A stretch of 64,000 nt of DNA from Gnetum montanum. Lineage: Eukaryota > Plantae > Gnetophyta. Within the stretch, counting starts at the first letter, position 1. Each line of letters opens with the position of its first letter. The stretch lies in assembly GCA_015680685.1 (NCBI GenBank), contig MNCI01001551.1, positions 409,486 to 473,485 of the forward strand, in the 5' to 3' direction. This document shows, one piece after another, positions 38,095 to 52,900 of the stretch. A program made the position numbers and the translations under genes. The notes beneath the pieces are model-generated. The model did no database searches. It saw nothing but the letters and a program-made list of their open reading frames with translations, and was not told where the DNA came from.

Positions 38095-40692
38095 ATGTAT
38101 ACATACAGATTCAGACAAAATTTTATTGGAAATTATGAAATACGCACCCACTGCACATTTAATGTGCTTCTCTACGCGCTTCCGAATCCAACACGAACAG
38201 TTTGCCAAAATTTATCCAGAATCGCGAATCTCTGATGCATAGGCTATATCTAAGACTTAGACTCTACAAATCATAGTTACCAAAACAACAAAAGGAGCAA
38301 TGTAATGGCAATGGAAACATGACCGAAAACAGCCAAGGAAAAGGTTGTGGAAAAGAAACTGCATAAAAAATTCAAGCAATAATTTAAAAGAATTTGAATA
38401 TTTCCATGTCAAAAATGAAATAGAAGTGATACATGGGAAAAGAACTACCAATAAAACTCATATATTAGGAAAGAACTTACAGTTTATGGTGAAATATCCT
38501 CAATTTAAATGTGTTTTATTTAATAACTATGGAAAAACCTTTCCGTTTTGTCAGAAAGATATAATAATATGACAGGAACAGTAAATACCTAAAGCAACCA
38601 CTATTTGAAACAGATTTCTTTGTGAAATCCGAAAATGCAAAACATTGGAAATCCGTGGCTGCAAGTTCCTCGTATGAGTTGCTTAGACTCGATGAGTTGC
38701 TTAGAAGACTCGGTTAAAACTCTGGGTTTACTCTTCTCTCTTTAAAGTTTCACCCTCTATATCCTCCTAAAATAATCAGAACTTCAATTCACCTCATAGG
38801 TTACAATTCACCCATTTTTTTTAAAAAACCCTGAACTCTGCGGTTCCTCGCTAAAACTTTGCGAGTCTCGAACACTCTCATATCCAAAGCAAATCTATAT
38901 TAGATTCTATGGTTCTCCTTCTTATCATGAGTAATAAGCGCTGACATGTTTATCCTCTAGCGGGCCTTCATGAGAAAACTAAAATGTATGAAACATTTAT
39001 CTTAATCGGGCGCAACGAATCCATTCAATAATTTTAAAGTAACGCAAAAACCGAAAAGAAAATAGGTGGCCTGTATGAAATCCCTGAATATATTGATCTC
39101 CAAAGGTACGCTAACTTTGTGAGCAAGCCCTTGAAAACGGTCATTTATTGTGTTTCATGAGAATCTTCTGTTGGTGACAAATGCGAATAAAGCAATACAT
39201 CGGTCAGTTATGCTGTTTATGTTCACGTGATAATAAACACTTACGCGTTGCTGACTGTGGGGCGCTGTGGATTGTTCATACTTTGCGTAACGTCTTTGTG
39301 CTGTCAATGCTTTGGGCAAGAGGTTCCCATAGATTACTAAATTTCCTGATCGACAAGCGGATTAAGTCAAATATAAATTTTCCTTGAAATTTACAATCAT
39401 TGCGTCAACTACAAGTATAAACCTAATGAATTTGACAATTTTAGTGTCCAGGATGTTTATTCTATTATTCCGGCTGGAAAACAAACCAAAAACCATTCAG
39501 GTACCCATCCAATGCCACCTAATTATGTCCACTGGCAAGTGGTTTCTCGCTTCTGTGTTTCTATTCACCCTTTTATTAGTCAATGGTCGTAAGCATTTGC
39601 ATATTATCATACCTTTGATTCGTGCGCGTGAGATCTGCAGTGAAAACAACAAATGCAATCTCTGTCTCTTTTTTCTACGTTCAAAATCCAAAAGTAGTCA
39701 AATTAAAACCTTAAAAGTAAAAACCGTTCCATATTCATTGTTCAACACGTTGCTTTGCTTGCAAATTGTAAGACTTGTAACCATAGGTGAAAGAGTCACC
39801 GAATATATCGGGTCGAGATGTGTTAGCGGGGGAATGCCCCCGGAGTTACCCTGGGCGTTCCCCGTTTTCCGGGCTTATAGACAATCATAATAGAATCGTA
39901 AAAAAGAAAACGGTAAATTTTGTTGCGTCTTATTTAAAAGTCCTTTAAATCATTAATTTTTTATAACAATATACCACCCAAATTCTAATACCGCAATGAA
40001 TCGTTAAGGCAACAATAATTTGTTGCACTAAAAATCACTGATTCTAACATAAGTGATAGTATTATCCTTGTAGATATCATGAACAGTCACCAAAAGTAAC
40101 AGGTTGCCAAGGAGCAAAGTCAGGCAACGACCATAGGACGTGATTCAGGAAGACGAAGATGTATGACATGTAATAGGCATTCCAACTCTAGAAGGTCCAG
40201 ACACTTCATAAAATTTGAACTTTGAATTTCAGTTTCACAATTCTATGCATTCAATAAAGTTATAATGACATAAGGGGAAACAGATGCAAGGTTTTGCAGG
40301 AAACCCGAAGATAGAACAGTTTTAGCGAAATACCTTCTAACCTCATGATTTTTCTGTTTATGGGATACCGAGATTCAGAGATGTTGAGCAGTCTTCCTGT
40401 ATGTCTTCATGGCGAGCCCTTAGGCTTAAGCCCAATCGGGAAACAACAAAATGAAAATCTTGGCTGACATATCTAGTTGCTCTGACTGAAGAGTGAAGAC
40501 CGTAGAATTCGGTGTCACACCTGATATAAAAAAACGTCCCAGTAAATGTCAATTTCCGGTACTTGTGTCTCTATAACCTATTATCATTTTTAAACATGCA
40601 AACATTAATCATTCTTGAAAAGAAATCTACGTCAAGATTTTTTTTATTTAAAATAAAAAATAAAAACATCACCTATTTCAATGAACAAAGAA

Positions 40693-40785
40693 TTAAGGCA
40701 TTCAATTTAAATATTAAATAATAAAATTACACAATTCTTAAGGCATTCAATTTAAATATTAAATAATAAAATTACACAATTCTTA
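40693..40785. repeat. Exact 45-bp tandem duplication
   Basis: TTAAGGCATTCAATTTAAATATTAAATAATAAAATTACACAATTC occurs twice in tandem. Confidence 0.95.
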
Positions 40786-41389
40786 CCGTTTACATTGGAT
40801 ACCATGAAGAATTATGTTTTATTCATTAACACAAAACCACATCTTTTTAACCCATCAAAAAAGGGCTTTGTTTTTGACTTTTTTTTTTTTTTTTAAAGTA
40901 AAAGCCTAATCTACTTTCAACTTTAAGCTTCTATGATGTTTCCTTTTTACTATACATCATAAGTCTATGATATGCTAATGAAATATGAATTTAAATTTAC
41001 AAATGTAGAAAGAAAGGCCAAGAAGATTTGATATACCAATGTATACTTGTTATTTTATCTATCATTAACACAAATGAACGACTTATATAATCAACCTTAT
41101 TTTGTGCATACATGATTAGAATGATGATAACGATGATGATTATTGAAATATACAAACACTAGTATTATGTAAATAAGAGGTTGTACCTAGGGATTTCTTT
41201 ATAGCATATGGTCTATGATCAACAAGTAAATTAATTTGACACACTATTATATTTGGGTTAAGTGCAATGAAAGTATCTTATTGGCTATATGTCCTTGGGA
41301 TACATGTGTTCCTCTAGTTTTGATTTCAAAATCCTCACACCAATGCCTACATATTTAAAATACTATTATGTTATTAAGGATATACAAAA

Positions 41390-42485
41390 TGGCGAAGGAG
41401 GTAACCAAAGCAGTAGCCAAAGCCAAACACAAGGCCTTGGATAACTTTTTATGAGAAATTAGGAATAAAGGAAGAATAAAATTCTATTTATAAATTGGCA
41501 AAAATCATAAACAAGAAATGTAAGGACATTAATCATGTCAAATACATCAACAAAGCAAATGAAAGAATTCTGATAAAAGAAAATGAAATTGTGTATAGGT
41601 AGAAAAATTACTTTTAAGAATAACTAAATAAAGAATTCCAAAGAGAAGACATCCAAAAAGAAGAACCAAATTTTGGTTTAGTTAATGAATTTCCTTCTTT
41701 GAGGTGAAGATAGCCTTATCAAAGATGAAAAATGGAAAAGTTGTTGGATTAGATAACATTTCTATAGAAGCTAAGAAAACATTGGGAGATACAATAGTTT
41801 CTTAACTGACACAATTATTTAATAAAATTTTGAAGGATGAGAAATATCGAACAATTAGAGGAAAAGCTTTGTTGTTCTCATTTTAAAAAATAAAGAAAAT
41901 GTACAAAATTATGCAAACTATAAAGGGATCAAGCTAATGAGCTATACTATAAAGCATTGGGAGAGAGTCGTAGAGTAGTGTCTTAGACTTAAATCAGTAG
42001 TATCAAAAAACAATAATTTGGATTTATGCTAGAGATATCTACAATAAGGGCTATTTTTTAATATGAAAATTAATAGAGAAATTTAGAAAATATAGAAAAA
42101 ATCTACATATGATCTTCATTAACTTAGAAAAAGCATATGATAGAGTACCTAGAGATATTATTTGGTGGACCTTACGAAGGAAAAACATCCCTCATAAGTA
42201 TATTAAAGTGATTCAAGATATGTATGAAAAACCTACCACTAAAATTAGAACAACTTATAGAGTAATATTTGATTTTCTAGTCATAATAGGCCTACATCAA
42301 ATATTTACCCTTAGCTTGTACTTATTTTCCAACCATTATTATGGATGAATTTAACAAAGATAATAAAAGATGCAATCACTTGGTATATGCTATTGGTAGA
42401 TAACATTGTGTTGGTCGCTATAACTTAAGAAAATATTGTTGCTAAGATAGAGAAGTAGAGACATACTCTACAATCAAAAAGCTTA
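41390..42485 (+). mobile_element. RTE-clade LINE reverse transcriptase fragment, decayed
   Basis: It encodes KAVAKAK...IYKLAK, then YKGIKLMSYTIKHWERV, MIFINLEKAYDRVPR (ORF 42109-42348), GLHQ..LS.YLF and WYMLLVDNIVLV (degenerate FADD region). It is truncated at ~42485. Confidence 0.88.
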
Positions 42486-42489
42486 GCAG

Positions 42490-45400
42490 CATTTCATCTT
42501 GGATTAATGCACTCAACTCATTAGCAGCCTTTTGAGCAACAAAGGCAAGAGTAGAGGTAAGCAATCTAAACTTTCAAATTTTGATACTTTTTCTATGGAA
42601 TGCTGGATATGTGGTGGAAGAGGCCATATGGCCTCTAAATGCTCAAATGCTTACAGGTTTCAAAATAAAGAGTATAGTGAGGAAAGGAGAAGAAGAAGTA
42701 GCATCTATACAAGTTGGGATGACAAAGAGAACACAAATCAAGAAGATAAGAAGGCAAAAATTATCTACATCAACTTGGACAATGAAGAACTAAGTGAGGA
42801 AGAGGTAGATAACACTACAAAGGACTCACACCTCATCTACAGGGCTCTCACAAATGATGATGCTAGCCTTTCTAATGATGATGATCAAATTGAAACTAAT
42901 GAAGAAAGATATGAACTCTTGTGTTCTCTTCAAAATCTTTGTGTGAAGTTGAATAAGGAATTGAAGAATAAGGATCAAGATCTCTCATTATTAAATATGA
43001 AAATTTTAGACCTTACAACAGAAAAATTAGACCTAAGGGTTGAGAATAAAAAGCTAATCCTATCTTATGACCTGATTAAGGAAGAACTTGTAGATGCTAA
43101 ACTTGTAAATGAGAGGCTGTAAAAGAAAAAGAATTTCTTTGAATAGTTCTTGGAAAAGGAAGGAGTCCAAATGAAAAAAGTGGACTAGGATGTTGCCAAC
43201 AAGAACAAGTGTCCATAACAACCCCATTTGAACAAGAGACCACTTCAAAAGTTGAGGTAACTACTAGCAACAAAAGGGTAACTCCAAGGTTTGATCACTT
43301 TAACCATGACAAAAAGGTTAGATGTTATTACTGTAAAAGATTTGGGCATAAGAAATGGAATTGCAATTCAAAATATTATTACATGAACATCGAGTTGTAT
43401 CATAAGACTCCTTGGTCTTATCCAAATGCACCTAGAAAGGAAATCTTGCAAGGAAAAATGGAATGGAGGACAAATCAAAAGGGTAAATAAAATAAAAAGG
43501 TGTGGAGAATCAAGAGAAATGAAGGAAGTCTCACCAATTTTGTTAAAGGAAGCAAGACATTAGAAATAAATGAAATTGGTATGAAAGAAGGAACTTCGAA
43601 AGAAGAACCTCAGCTCCAATCTCATTAGACATCTTGATCTCCATCAACAAGTAAGATAAGTAATGATAAGTATAGGTGTAACCATTATTCCTTGACTTGA
43701 TGAGATTAGATTAGACTAATTTATAGTTGAATGAAAGCTATTGGAGATCTTTGGAAATCCAAAGAAATTTTCTCTTAATCTTGTAATTCATTGAAACTAT
43801 AATATGCTATAATGTCCTACTTAAGCTACTTTTAAAGTTTTTATTGATAAATCATCTTTGGATTCTTAACTAGAATGTATTGGTTTCAAGTGGTTTAAAA
43901 CCCTTGATTGTAATTCATGAACCAAAAGTATTTTGCTAAACATTTATTGTTGTCCACACATATATGTCTTGTGCTCCAAAATCTTAATTAAGCTATGACA
44001 TTTTTGCTTCCTTGTAAAATCATAAAGTTCGATTGTTTTTAAAATATTTTTGATATATGGTAATTGAAGTTTTTAAATTGGTACCTTTGATGTAATTCAT
44101 GTATCTTTTGAGAAAAGAAACATTTCAAAGGAAATTCTTTAAGCATATTTGTTCTCTTTATCATAAGGTACTATTAATGGAAGGCCTTTCTTTCAAAAGT
44201 CTCTAAACTTGATCTTGATATGGCACTCCAGATTTATGGAGACATAACCTAGTTTGTTGTGTAATTCTCAATGAACTTGTAGTGTGTTTTCTTGTATCTA
44301 TTTTTTTTATGATTTCAAGGTGTTTTACCATGTTTGGAGGATGTTTAGACTTATTTTGATGAGTTTAGGAGGTTCCAGGGTCATGGGGACTTGTTGGGAA
44401 GTATTTGTAGGCTCCCAACATCAAAATAAGCATTTTTATTTTTGGCACCTGTAGGATAGATGTCTCTCCAAAAAGATAGACATCTCCCCTAAAGTATAGA
44501 CATCTCACAACCAGAGAAGATGTCTACCAAAAATAGGAGATGTCTCTCCCAAAAGTAAGGCTTTCACAATAGACATTTACATGGAACCCCACACATCTAT
44601 GTTAGTGAGAAAGAACCAAAAGAAAAGAAAGAAAGCTCTAACATGGTGTTTTGAGTGGGAAACATCAAGGGAGAAATTGATTACACATTAAAAATAGTTA
44701 CATCTTCATTGTTGAAAAATTCATTAATGGGAGACCTTAGTCTCCATACTTAATCCTAGAATTTCTATGTAGCATGAAGATTCTAAAAGGCTTAAGGAGA
44801 GAATACCCATCTCTTTACAACAAATGCAATATGACCAAAAATTCTATGAAGAAATATAAGCATATATGCAAGGGAAGATTGTACCTCATCAATAATTATT
44901 ATCGTATAGACCACCAATGTAGCAGAAGTCTTTTGAGACTTTTACCAAAAGATACTTAAGCACCAAAACTTCACACTCCAATGCCCACAGCTAAAAATGA
45001 GTAAGAAGAGGACTATTATTTTAAGAGCATGGTAAAGTATCCAAGGTAAAAGTATGAGTTTAATTTTTGTCAAGAAATCTTTTGGATATTCTACCTTGTG
45101 ATGTATTTCTTATTGTTGGTATTTTAATTGACATGGCTATATACAAATTACTTTATGGACATCTTGTTAAGGATATGTTTAGTTATTGTCATATGTGCAT
45201 GTATTTACTTTCCTTGTCATAGATATGCTATGCTTTATCTTCTTTTTTTTTATTGATTTTTCAGAAGGAGAAGAATCTTGGATGATTATAGAACTATGAG
45301 ATATTGGTTATTTGATACAAATGGCTTATTGACTCAAAGATAGATTACATGATCTTCAATGCTCAAACTTTAAAATTTGGTCTTTGGATATCAACTTAAA

Positions 45401-46954
45401 GGCTTGTACTTCATTATTTCTAACCTTATTCATCAACAAATATAGGGTAGCTCTTAAGGAAATTTATTTTTTCATCATCAACCTATGAAATCAATACTTA
45501 AGGATGTATACTCTTTAATTGATATTCATCATGTTTTCTAACTTAGCTAAATGTTTGTATCTCTATGGGATTTTCATGCAACTATGGTGGAACTTTATTA
45601 AGGATTGTGGTTGGTGCTTATTTTTTTCCCTTTTCTATTTTTGGGTACTGTCCAAAAAGGGGGAGAGAGTAGAGCATTTAGTTAGAATCTCAACCATGAT
45701 AACTTTATATATTTTGTTGACAAAATAACTTTCTTATATCTCTGTGTTATATACTAACCCATTTTCTTAAGTTTTGGACATCACCAAGAAAAGAAAAATT
45801 GTTAACCTTTTGGTATGTTAAAACCTTAGAAAAAATGGAGAATATAAAACTATGTTTGTAATATAGCAATGCCATAAATGAGTAAGGACTTTAGAACAAG
45901 AGTTGAGTTTGAAAATGCAATACACATCGAGATGTCATGAGATCTATGTAGAGATTTCGTAGAGATGAAGACTACAAATCAAATGAAGATACTCCAAGGA
46001 CTAGAAAGAAGGAAAATTAATAGCTCAAAAGTTGAGGAGACATCTCCTAAAAATAATAGACATCTACATGTAGAAATTTACATCTCCATAAAGATGGCTC
46101 CCGAAACATGTCCTAATCTAAATGGAGACATCTCCCCAAATTTGAAGTTGATTTCAAAGAGATGTCCTAATATCGAAGGAGACATCTACACTATCTATTA
46201 GATAGTTGTTGCATGAATTCCAAGGTATTTTTGGAAAATATGAGGCTATAAGAAGACTTCAATCTCTTGGATATTATGCAAGCACTATTCACATCAAAGC
46301 AATCATTGTCATATCTATGCTATTGTACTCTTGTTCTTCATTGTTACATTATTTGCTTGATTGTATGTTATGTTGAGCTTCAACTACAAGGATTTGTTAA
46401 TTTAGTTACATTCTTTTCTTATGTCTTTTTCTCTCTTTCCTATAGCCCTATGAGATTCATGTGCTTCTTGTGAGAGGCATCCATATTAAGCTTGTTGGGA
46501 TTCTATGAGATTGAGTGATTTTGCAAAGTCAAAACACTCCAGAGTGGAGCTTAATTTTGTAAAGGTTGTGGGATCCTTGAAATCACATTTTAAGCTTGTT
46601 GGGACCTTTTGGGGTTGAGTGGTTTCACAGTGATGAAACACCTTGAATTAGAGCTTAGAGCTCGTATAGGGTGTGGTATCCTTCAAAACACTCTTAAGCT
46701 TGTTGGGACCTTACGGGCTTAAGATTTTTCATAACAAAAAAAGTCTCATTATTGGAGCTAAAGCTTTGTAAAGGTTGTGGTGTCCTCTAAATCATATTTT
46801 GGAAGAAATAAAGTTTGGAGGTATGAAAGGAATCTATCCTCTAAGTGTGGAGTACCCAAGCTGGAAAGCCACGTAATTCTTACATTTGTGTGACCAGTGT
46901 TGCTTATGATTTAGAAAAATTATTCATCCCTTCCTTCTAAGTTCTCAATCCACA
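42490..46954 (+). mobile_element. Sirevirus-like Ty1/copia remnant: gag C-terminus, no pol, 3' LTR ~45800-46954
   Basis: Two CX2CX4HX4C knuckles (CWICGGRGHMASKC and CYYCKRFGHKKWNC) are separated by an acidic/coiled-coil segment. Purine tracts (CAAAAAGGGGGAGAG at ~45654 and one at ~45785) precede TGTT at 45800. A 104-bp x3 repeat lies at 46487-46800. Confidence 0.65.
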
Positions 46955-49900
46955 CATACTAAGAGTGTCTTTCTAGTTGTATTGAGAACTATTATGAATT
47001 ACATATATGCTAATCTTCTCTACAGTATTTGATAATCTCATTACTTATACAATACTTTAAGGCATCTTCACAATGTTCTTAATCATTGACTTAACATGTG
47101 ACATGTATGTTATACATTCTGAGTATGCTTGCAGGTTTTATAGCCCTTGAGGCAAAATCTATTTTTAGTCTACTCTAGAATACTTCTTGATATTTAAACT
47201 TAAAGTGGTGCTGAGTAGCACTCTCTAGAGTAATGTTGTTACACTTGGTATCAAAGCTATGGTTTTGGTTCAAGTAGAAGACTCATTTAAATACTCATGC
47301 AAAGTGATTATGAGTGACAAATAAGATGCCTAATGACAAGTGAATAGATCTTGATCTTCTTCTATAGAGAAACCAATTATAGGAATAGTTGTTATAAGTA
47401 GATAACTTAATCATGCATCATCTACCTATAGCAGAAAAGACCCCAAATGATTCTAGAGTTGAATAATCCTTTAAAAGTTCCTTTCTTATTAAAGTTTTTC
47501 TCTAGTACCAAACACAAACTTGCTCAAGCTTAAGAATTTGTATTAAGAAATCATGTAGAGCATCAAGAAGATGTTATTAATGATCCCTAGATTTTGTAAA
47601 GATGTTTGTGTGTGGCCAAGGTCATTATCATGGAACATGGGAAGAAACAAATTTTATATTTACCAATTGATTCTTTTGATAATTTAAGAAGGTGGTTCCA
47701 TTATGCATTAAGTATGAGATAATGGGTTAGATTCATTTTATTTTTGTAATGTGATGCTTCTTATGATAGGTACATGTTCATGTGTAGTGATTTGATATTG
47801 GATTCTCATCTGAGGGTTCTAAGCTAATGTTACCTTAATGGATAAGTTCATATTCTATAGAATAAAATTGATAGTGTATCAAATTATTTTATTTATAGAA
47901 TCTCATATTCGACGAAAGTGCCCACATGTTATTATTCCTAAGAAAAAGTATAATTATGAAAAATTCTTGAAAAATTTAAAATCTTGGTTTTGTTAAACAA
48001 ATTTTCCTTGTTAAGGATTTGAATTGGATCATGAAGCAATTATACCAAATGTGTATGGTGATCCATTGTTATACAAAATCAAATGAAGCATGGTTGCTAA
48101 TTTATTAAATTTCAAATAGAGAAGGATTATGTACTCTATTTGGATGACTTACAATTGGTGAATAGTGGGATATGTGAAAGTCCTCTTTTGTTAATCATTC
48201 AAGTCATAAGTAAACAATGGCCTTAGTAGGTAAGTTTTTAATGTTTATCATCTTCATCCAATGTCTAACATCTTAAATGATTGAAGATTTGGTGATACGT
48301 TTTTTCTACTCATGCATGTAGTAAGATGCTTTATGTTGCCTACAAATATTCTATTAGTTAATGTTTTTTATTTTAGGGGAGATTCTTAGTAAAGATTCTT
48401 TTTAATGCCATGCATTTTATTAAGTATGATGGTAAAGAATGAGTAATTTTATCATCCATATAGTAGTTATCTCAAAGTTTGATTGTTTTGATGGGAGATG
48501 TTAAAAGAGACCTAAGCGTAGATTGATCTAATAAGAAAAGTGTCCTTCAGCAGAGAGCATAATTTTCTTCAATACCAATATTGATATTGATATTTTACTA
48601 CACCTATGTAGACTTAAAGGATTTATCAAACAAATGAACTTGAGCAAAACACATTAGTAGCAATAAATCCTAAGTATAACAAATCTATTCAATGTTCATG
48701 TAACTTGAATACATCTTCTATATAATTATCTAGAACTAACATTGGTAGCTTGAATAGCTTACATAAAGACTAAATAGAGATTTGTTATTTTATTCTAAAT
48801 AAATTTATTCTACAAAATTCTAATAATACATGTTGCTTATCTTTTACCACTTGCACTAAACACAATCAATATATTCTCTCTTTATGTTACTTATTGTCCC
48901 ATCTTCCAATTTCAACTTAGAGATGTTATGATCCCATTCTTACTTTGCTAATATTCTCTCATGGATATTATAATTATTGCATGTAGATATTTTATATTAT
49001 CATATCTATTACCTCTAATAATTTTGATGGTAAAACTGGAAGTTTTCTTTTATTTATACCTCATGTGATCATCTATCTTCATGTCTCCTAGTAGGGAGTA
49101 CCAATTTCTATTATGTCTTCAAGTAGGAAGCACAAAATTTTAAAGTGAGTTTGAGTAAGATGCATACATTTTCTATTATGACCTTGAGTAAGAAGCACAA
49201 ATTTCTACTTTGACTTCAAGTAGGAATCATAAGTTTTGAAATGAAGATATGAATGTTGGAGTTTGACTTTACCCATTTGAGGTAACTCCACAATTCTTCT
49301 AAGATCTAATAATTAGGAAGCAATATTCTAGAATCATAAGATCATAACTCTCTTATTAATGATAATTTCTATTTTCAATTCTCTATAGTTATGAGTATGA
49401 TAAGTATTTCTAATTTAACTACTTACGAATCTTATTGTGATGAAAAAATTTATGTTGTATTGATTCTTTAACACAATATTTATCATAAGATTTTAGAGAT
49501 AGTTTATAATTACTATTTTTGTTTTTGGTAATTTTTAGTCATCATCTTTAAGCTTGTTGTAATTCCAAAGTAAATTGTACCAAGAATATAAGAACTTCTT
49601 ATGTTTTAATGATGTTTTTCTTCCTCTAGTAATGCATCTTCTTTTGGATTGCTCCTTCTTCTACATCATAAAATTATGATAGACTTAGGAATGTTACTCA
49701 AAACTCATTATATTATAAACACTTGTAGGTGGACGTATCACAATCCTCACTTAGTACATCCTTAAGTTCTTAATGAACTTAACTTTACCTTATTCACTAT
49801 ACTTTGTTAAGTTCTTCCTAAACTTAACTTTACAATATTCTTTCTTACTTTGCTAAGCTACTCCTATCTTAACTTCATGCTCTTACCAACTACTTTGTCG

Positions 49901-52900
49901 TAAATCTTACTTTTCTTATTTCATTGTAACCTTCTAGATAACCTTTTCTTTTTCTTAAGAATTTGGACTAAGCTATGTATCCTATAATTGGAATATTTGA
50001 TTCCTCTTTAAGAAACTAATACTACAAGGATTGCTTGTGTCTCCTGTAATAATTTCTTATTACTCCTTTAGAACTGATAAATTCCTAATGAACTTATTCA
50101 TACTTTGGCCTTAGGACATTCTTCTAGCTTATGAACATTACTTATGATTTTTGTTCGAATCTCATTTCTTCATTATCACTTGTTCTTACATAGTCACTCA
50201 TTTTCTACTTTCTCTCACCACTTCATCTTCATTCTTTCAATTCATTCATTATTCTATTCTTCACTTCACATTCTTGGTTCTTATTTTTCTCCACTATTTT
50301 TATAAGATATCGAGGCTTCTTATACCTAAAAAAATATGATTATTTATTGAATCATTGTGACCCTTCATAATAGCTGATAGATTAAGTTAAGAAACTAACA
50401 ATTATATCTTAACTTAGAAGTATATTCTAATACTCCTCTTCAAGCACTAGTTTCTTGACTTATTCTTTCATGTTTATAAATTCATGAGTGGTTAAAATAA
50501 TTTCTTAATAACTTTTATATTATGTTAAGATTTCTTTTTCCCCTTCACTTGTGATTTTGGGAACCTAAAACTTAACCTTCCTTAAAAATATCATCAGTTG
50601 TTCTTTTCCTTTTATCATCTTGTAATCTTAGCTATATTTCTAGCTTCTCTGTTTTATTCTTAATAGTGTCACTTCTTTCACAAAGTTCTTAATTTATAAT
50701 ACATGATTGTGACTTCCTTATCATTGAAGTTAACATCAAAAAGTTTAAAATTGACTTTTATGTTGACTTCTTTATTCTTACTAATTCTCTCAAAATTCAA
50801 GCCAACAAAAAGTGTGAAATGACATTGACTGATGTACATGACTAACCTTCCTTTGCATGGCCTTGAAATTCTTACCATGCATCCCTCATAAGGGTATGCA
50901 CAACCTTGGTATAGGTCTTTATTTCTTTTATAAGGACATGAAGTTCTCATTCATGTATGATGAAATCATTTTACAATGCACTTCTGGTAGTCTAAAGTCA
51001 TGTTTATATGATCTCCTTCTTCTGAATTTTTTGCAAAATGTGAGATAATTCCCTATCCATCTTATGTATTTAATTATTGTGCTTTCATGTTTCAAAATTT
51101 GGGTCAAGACTTGGGTTGTATATATGGTTGTGACCTTCATCTCTTATTATATACTCCATAATCTTCATACGAGAATTCTTCTTTTGTCATTTTCTTCTCC
51201 ATTTTTTGTGACAATTCTTTTGGCTCAAGATCTGTGTCAAAATTTGATGTGAAATGATATCATGAGTGACACTTATCCCAAGGTACTTATGAATTGGAGT
51301 TTCAGGATAAGCTATTAAAATTTTAGGATAAATTTTTTGTCAAATCTCAATCTCATCTTAGTAATTAATCATAATATACCTATCCTTGTCTTGCTTCTTT
51401 CAATTTTCATTCAACATCTAGTCCCAATTTCTCATTTTCAAAAAGAAAACTATTGGTTAACAAATCCTTTCTTCCTGATATTTTAGTGGTCTAATGGATT
51501 CTCCTTCTAATAACTTGAATGACTATGACTCCTTTCACGATGTACACATCATTAAGTAGGAAAATAGTGCATATTGGTATCCATGGTTATAGGTTGGTGA
51601 CTCCAATTCTTATATATTTTAATTGATACTTTACTTCTACTCTTTATCTAACTTAACTAATTATTCTCTTCTCTATTTTTTCATTTTCCTTAACTTTAGT
51701 GTCGTATAATTATTTTTTCATCATAACTTTTATTTGTACTTATTTGGAAACTTTTGTCTTCTTTTAATGTTATTCTTTTGGTCTAGATTCATGATGATTC
51801 TTCAAGGTCATTTCATTATATAGATCTTCTTAGTCTCTCAAGTCACTACATAGGTCCTCCATAATTATTACAAGGCAACTTCACAATATCTTTATTTAAT
51901 TTCTCCTTAGCTTCTATTATCTTTATAAGCTTCTTATAAGCTTAGCTTTCCTAGATGGAGTTTTATAATGTCCAATATTTAACATTACAACTTCTTAGTT
52001 CTTTCTTCTACTCATTATGAGATTTTAATACCACATCATTTCTTTCACTAGTTCTCTTAATTACCTTAACCTTCTTATTCTTATGAACAATTTATTCTTT
52101 GCTTGTATATGAACTCTCCTTCACTACACTTCAATGCCTTCTGAATCTTCTTAGCTTAGACTTCCATAGTGCATTATCATTATGTTGCTTTTAAGTTATC
52201 ATGTGGCTCTACTTAAACCATCTTGTAACTCTTAGTGCTATCTTATTTCTTGCCTATTGTCAATCTCAAGCTACCTTAGAATTTTAGACTTCAAGTGCAA
52301 ACATTTCCATTTATGAGTAATAATAATTTTTGTTTCTTCTCTAATGTATGTTGGTCTTTATCATTTCTTTTCCTTTATACCTTTGAGAAAAATCCATAAT
52401 TCTTCTAGGATCTAATGAGTATGATGTAATATTATTGAATTGCAAGATCATAACTCTTTTCTTAATAATACCTACTTTTTGTAATTTTCTACAATTGTAA
52501 GTATCATATATTTTACTAATTTAACTACCTACGAATCCTTTTAGGATGAATAGAATTTCATTTTCTTTATTTCGTAATAAAGTAATAGTCATAACCTATC
52601 AGAGATAGTTTATAACAAGTACTATTTTTAGTTCTAGTAATTTGTAGTTATCATCTTTGGGCTTGCTGTAATTCTAAAGTGAATCATACTAAGAATATAA
52701 GAACTTCTTGTGTTTTGGTAATGTTGCTCCTTCCATGGTAATGCATCTTCTTTTGGATTACTCCTTTTACATTGTAAGATTATGGTACACTTATAACTAT
52801 TGTTGATAACTCATCATATTACAAATGCTTGTAGGTAGACTTATCATAATCCTTAATTGGTACATCATCAAGTTCTCAGCCAACTTAACTTTACCTTGTT

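Noticed and set aside
37624-38242. 150-aa and neighbouring ORFs downstream of PME
   Set aside because: They are produced by the ~180-bp tandem repeat and have no protein features.
39384-39890. 168-aa ORF
   Set aside because: It has a TTG start, no domain, and none of the codon bias seen in the real gene.
42532-43490. Zinc-knuckle/coiled-coil ORFs as a host gene
   Set aside because: They have non-ATG starts and interrupting stops and sit upstream of purine tracts and an LTR, so they are better explained as retroelement gag.
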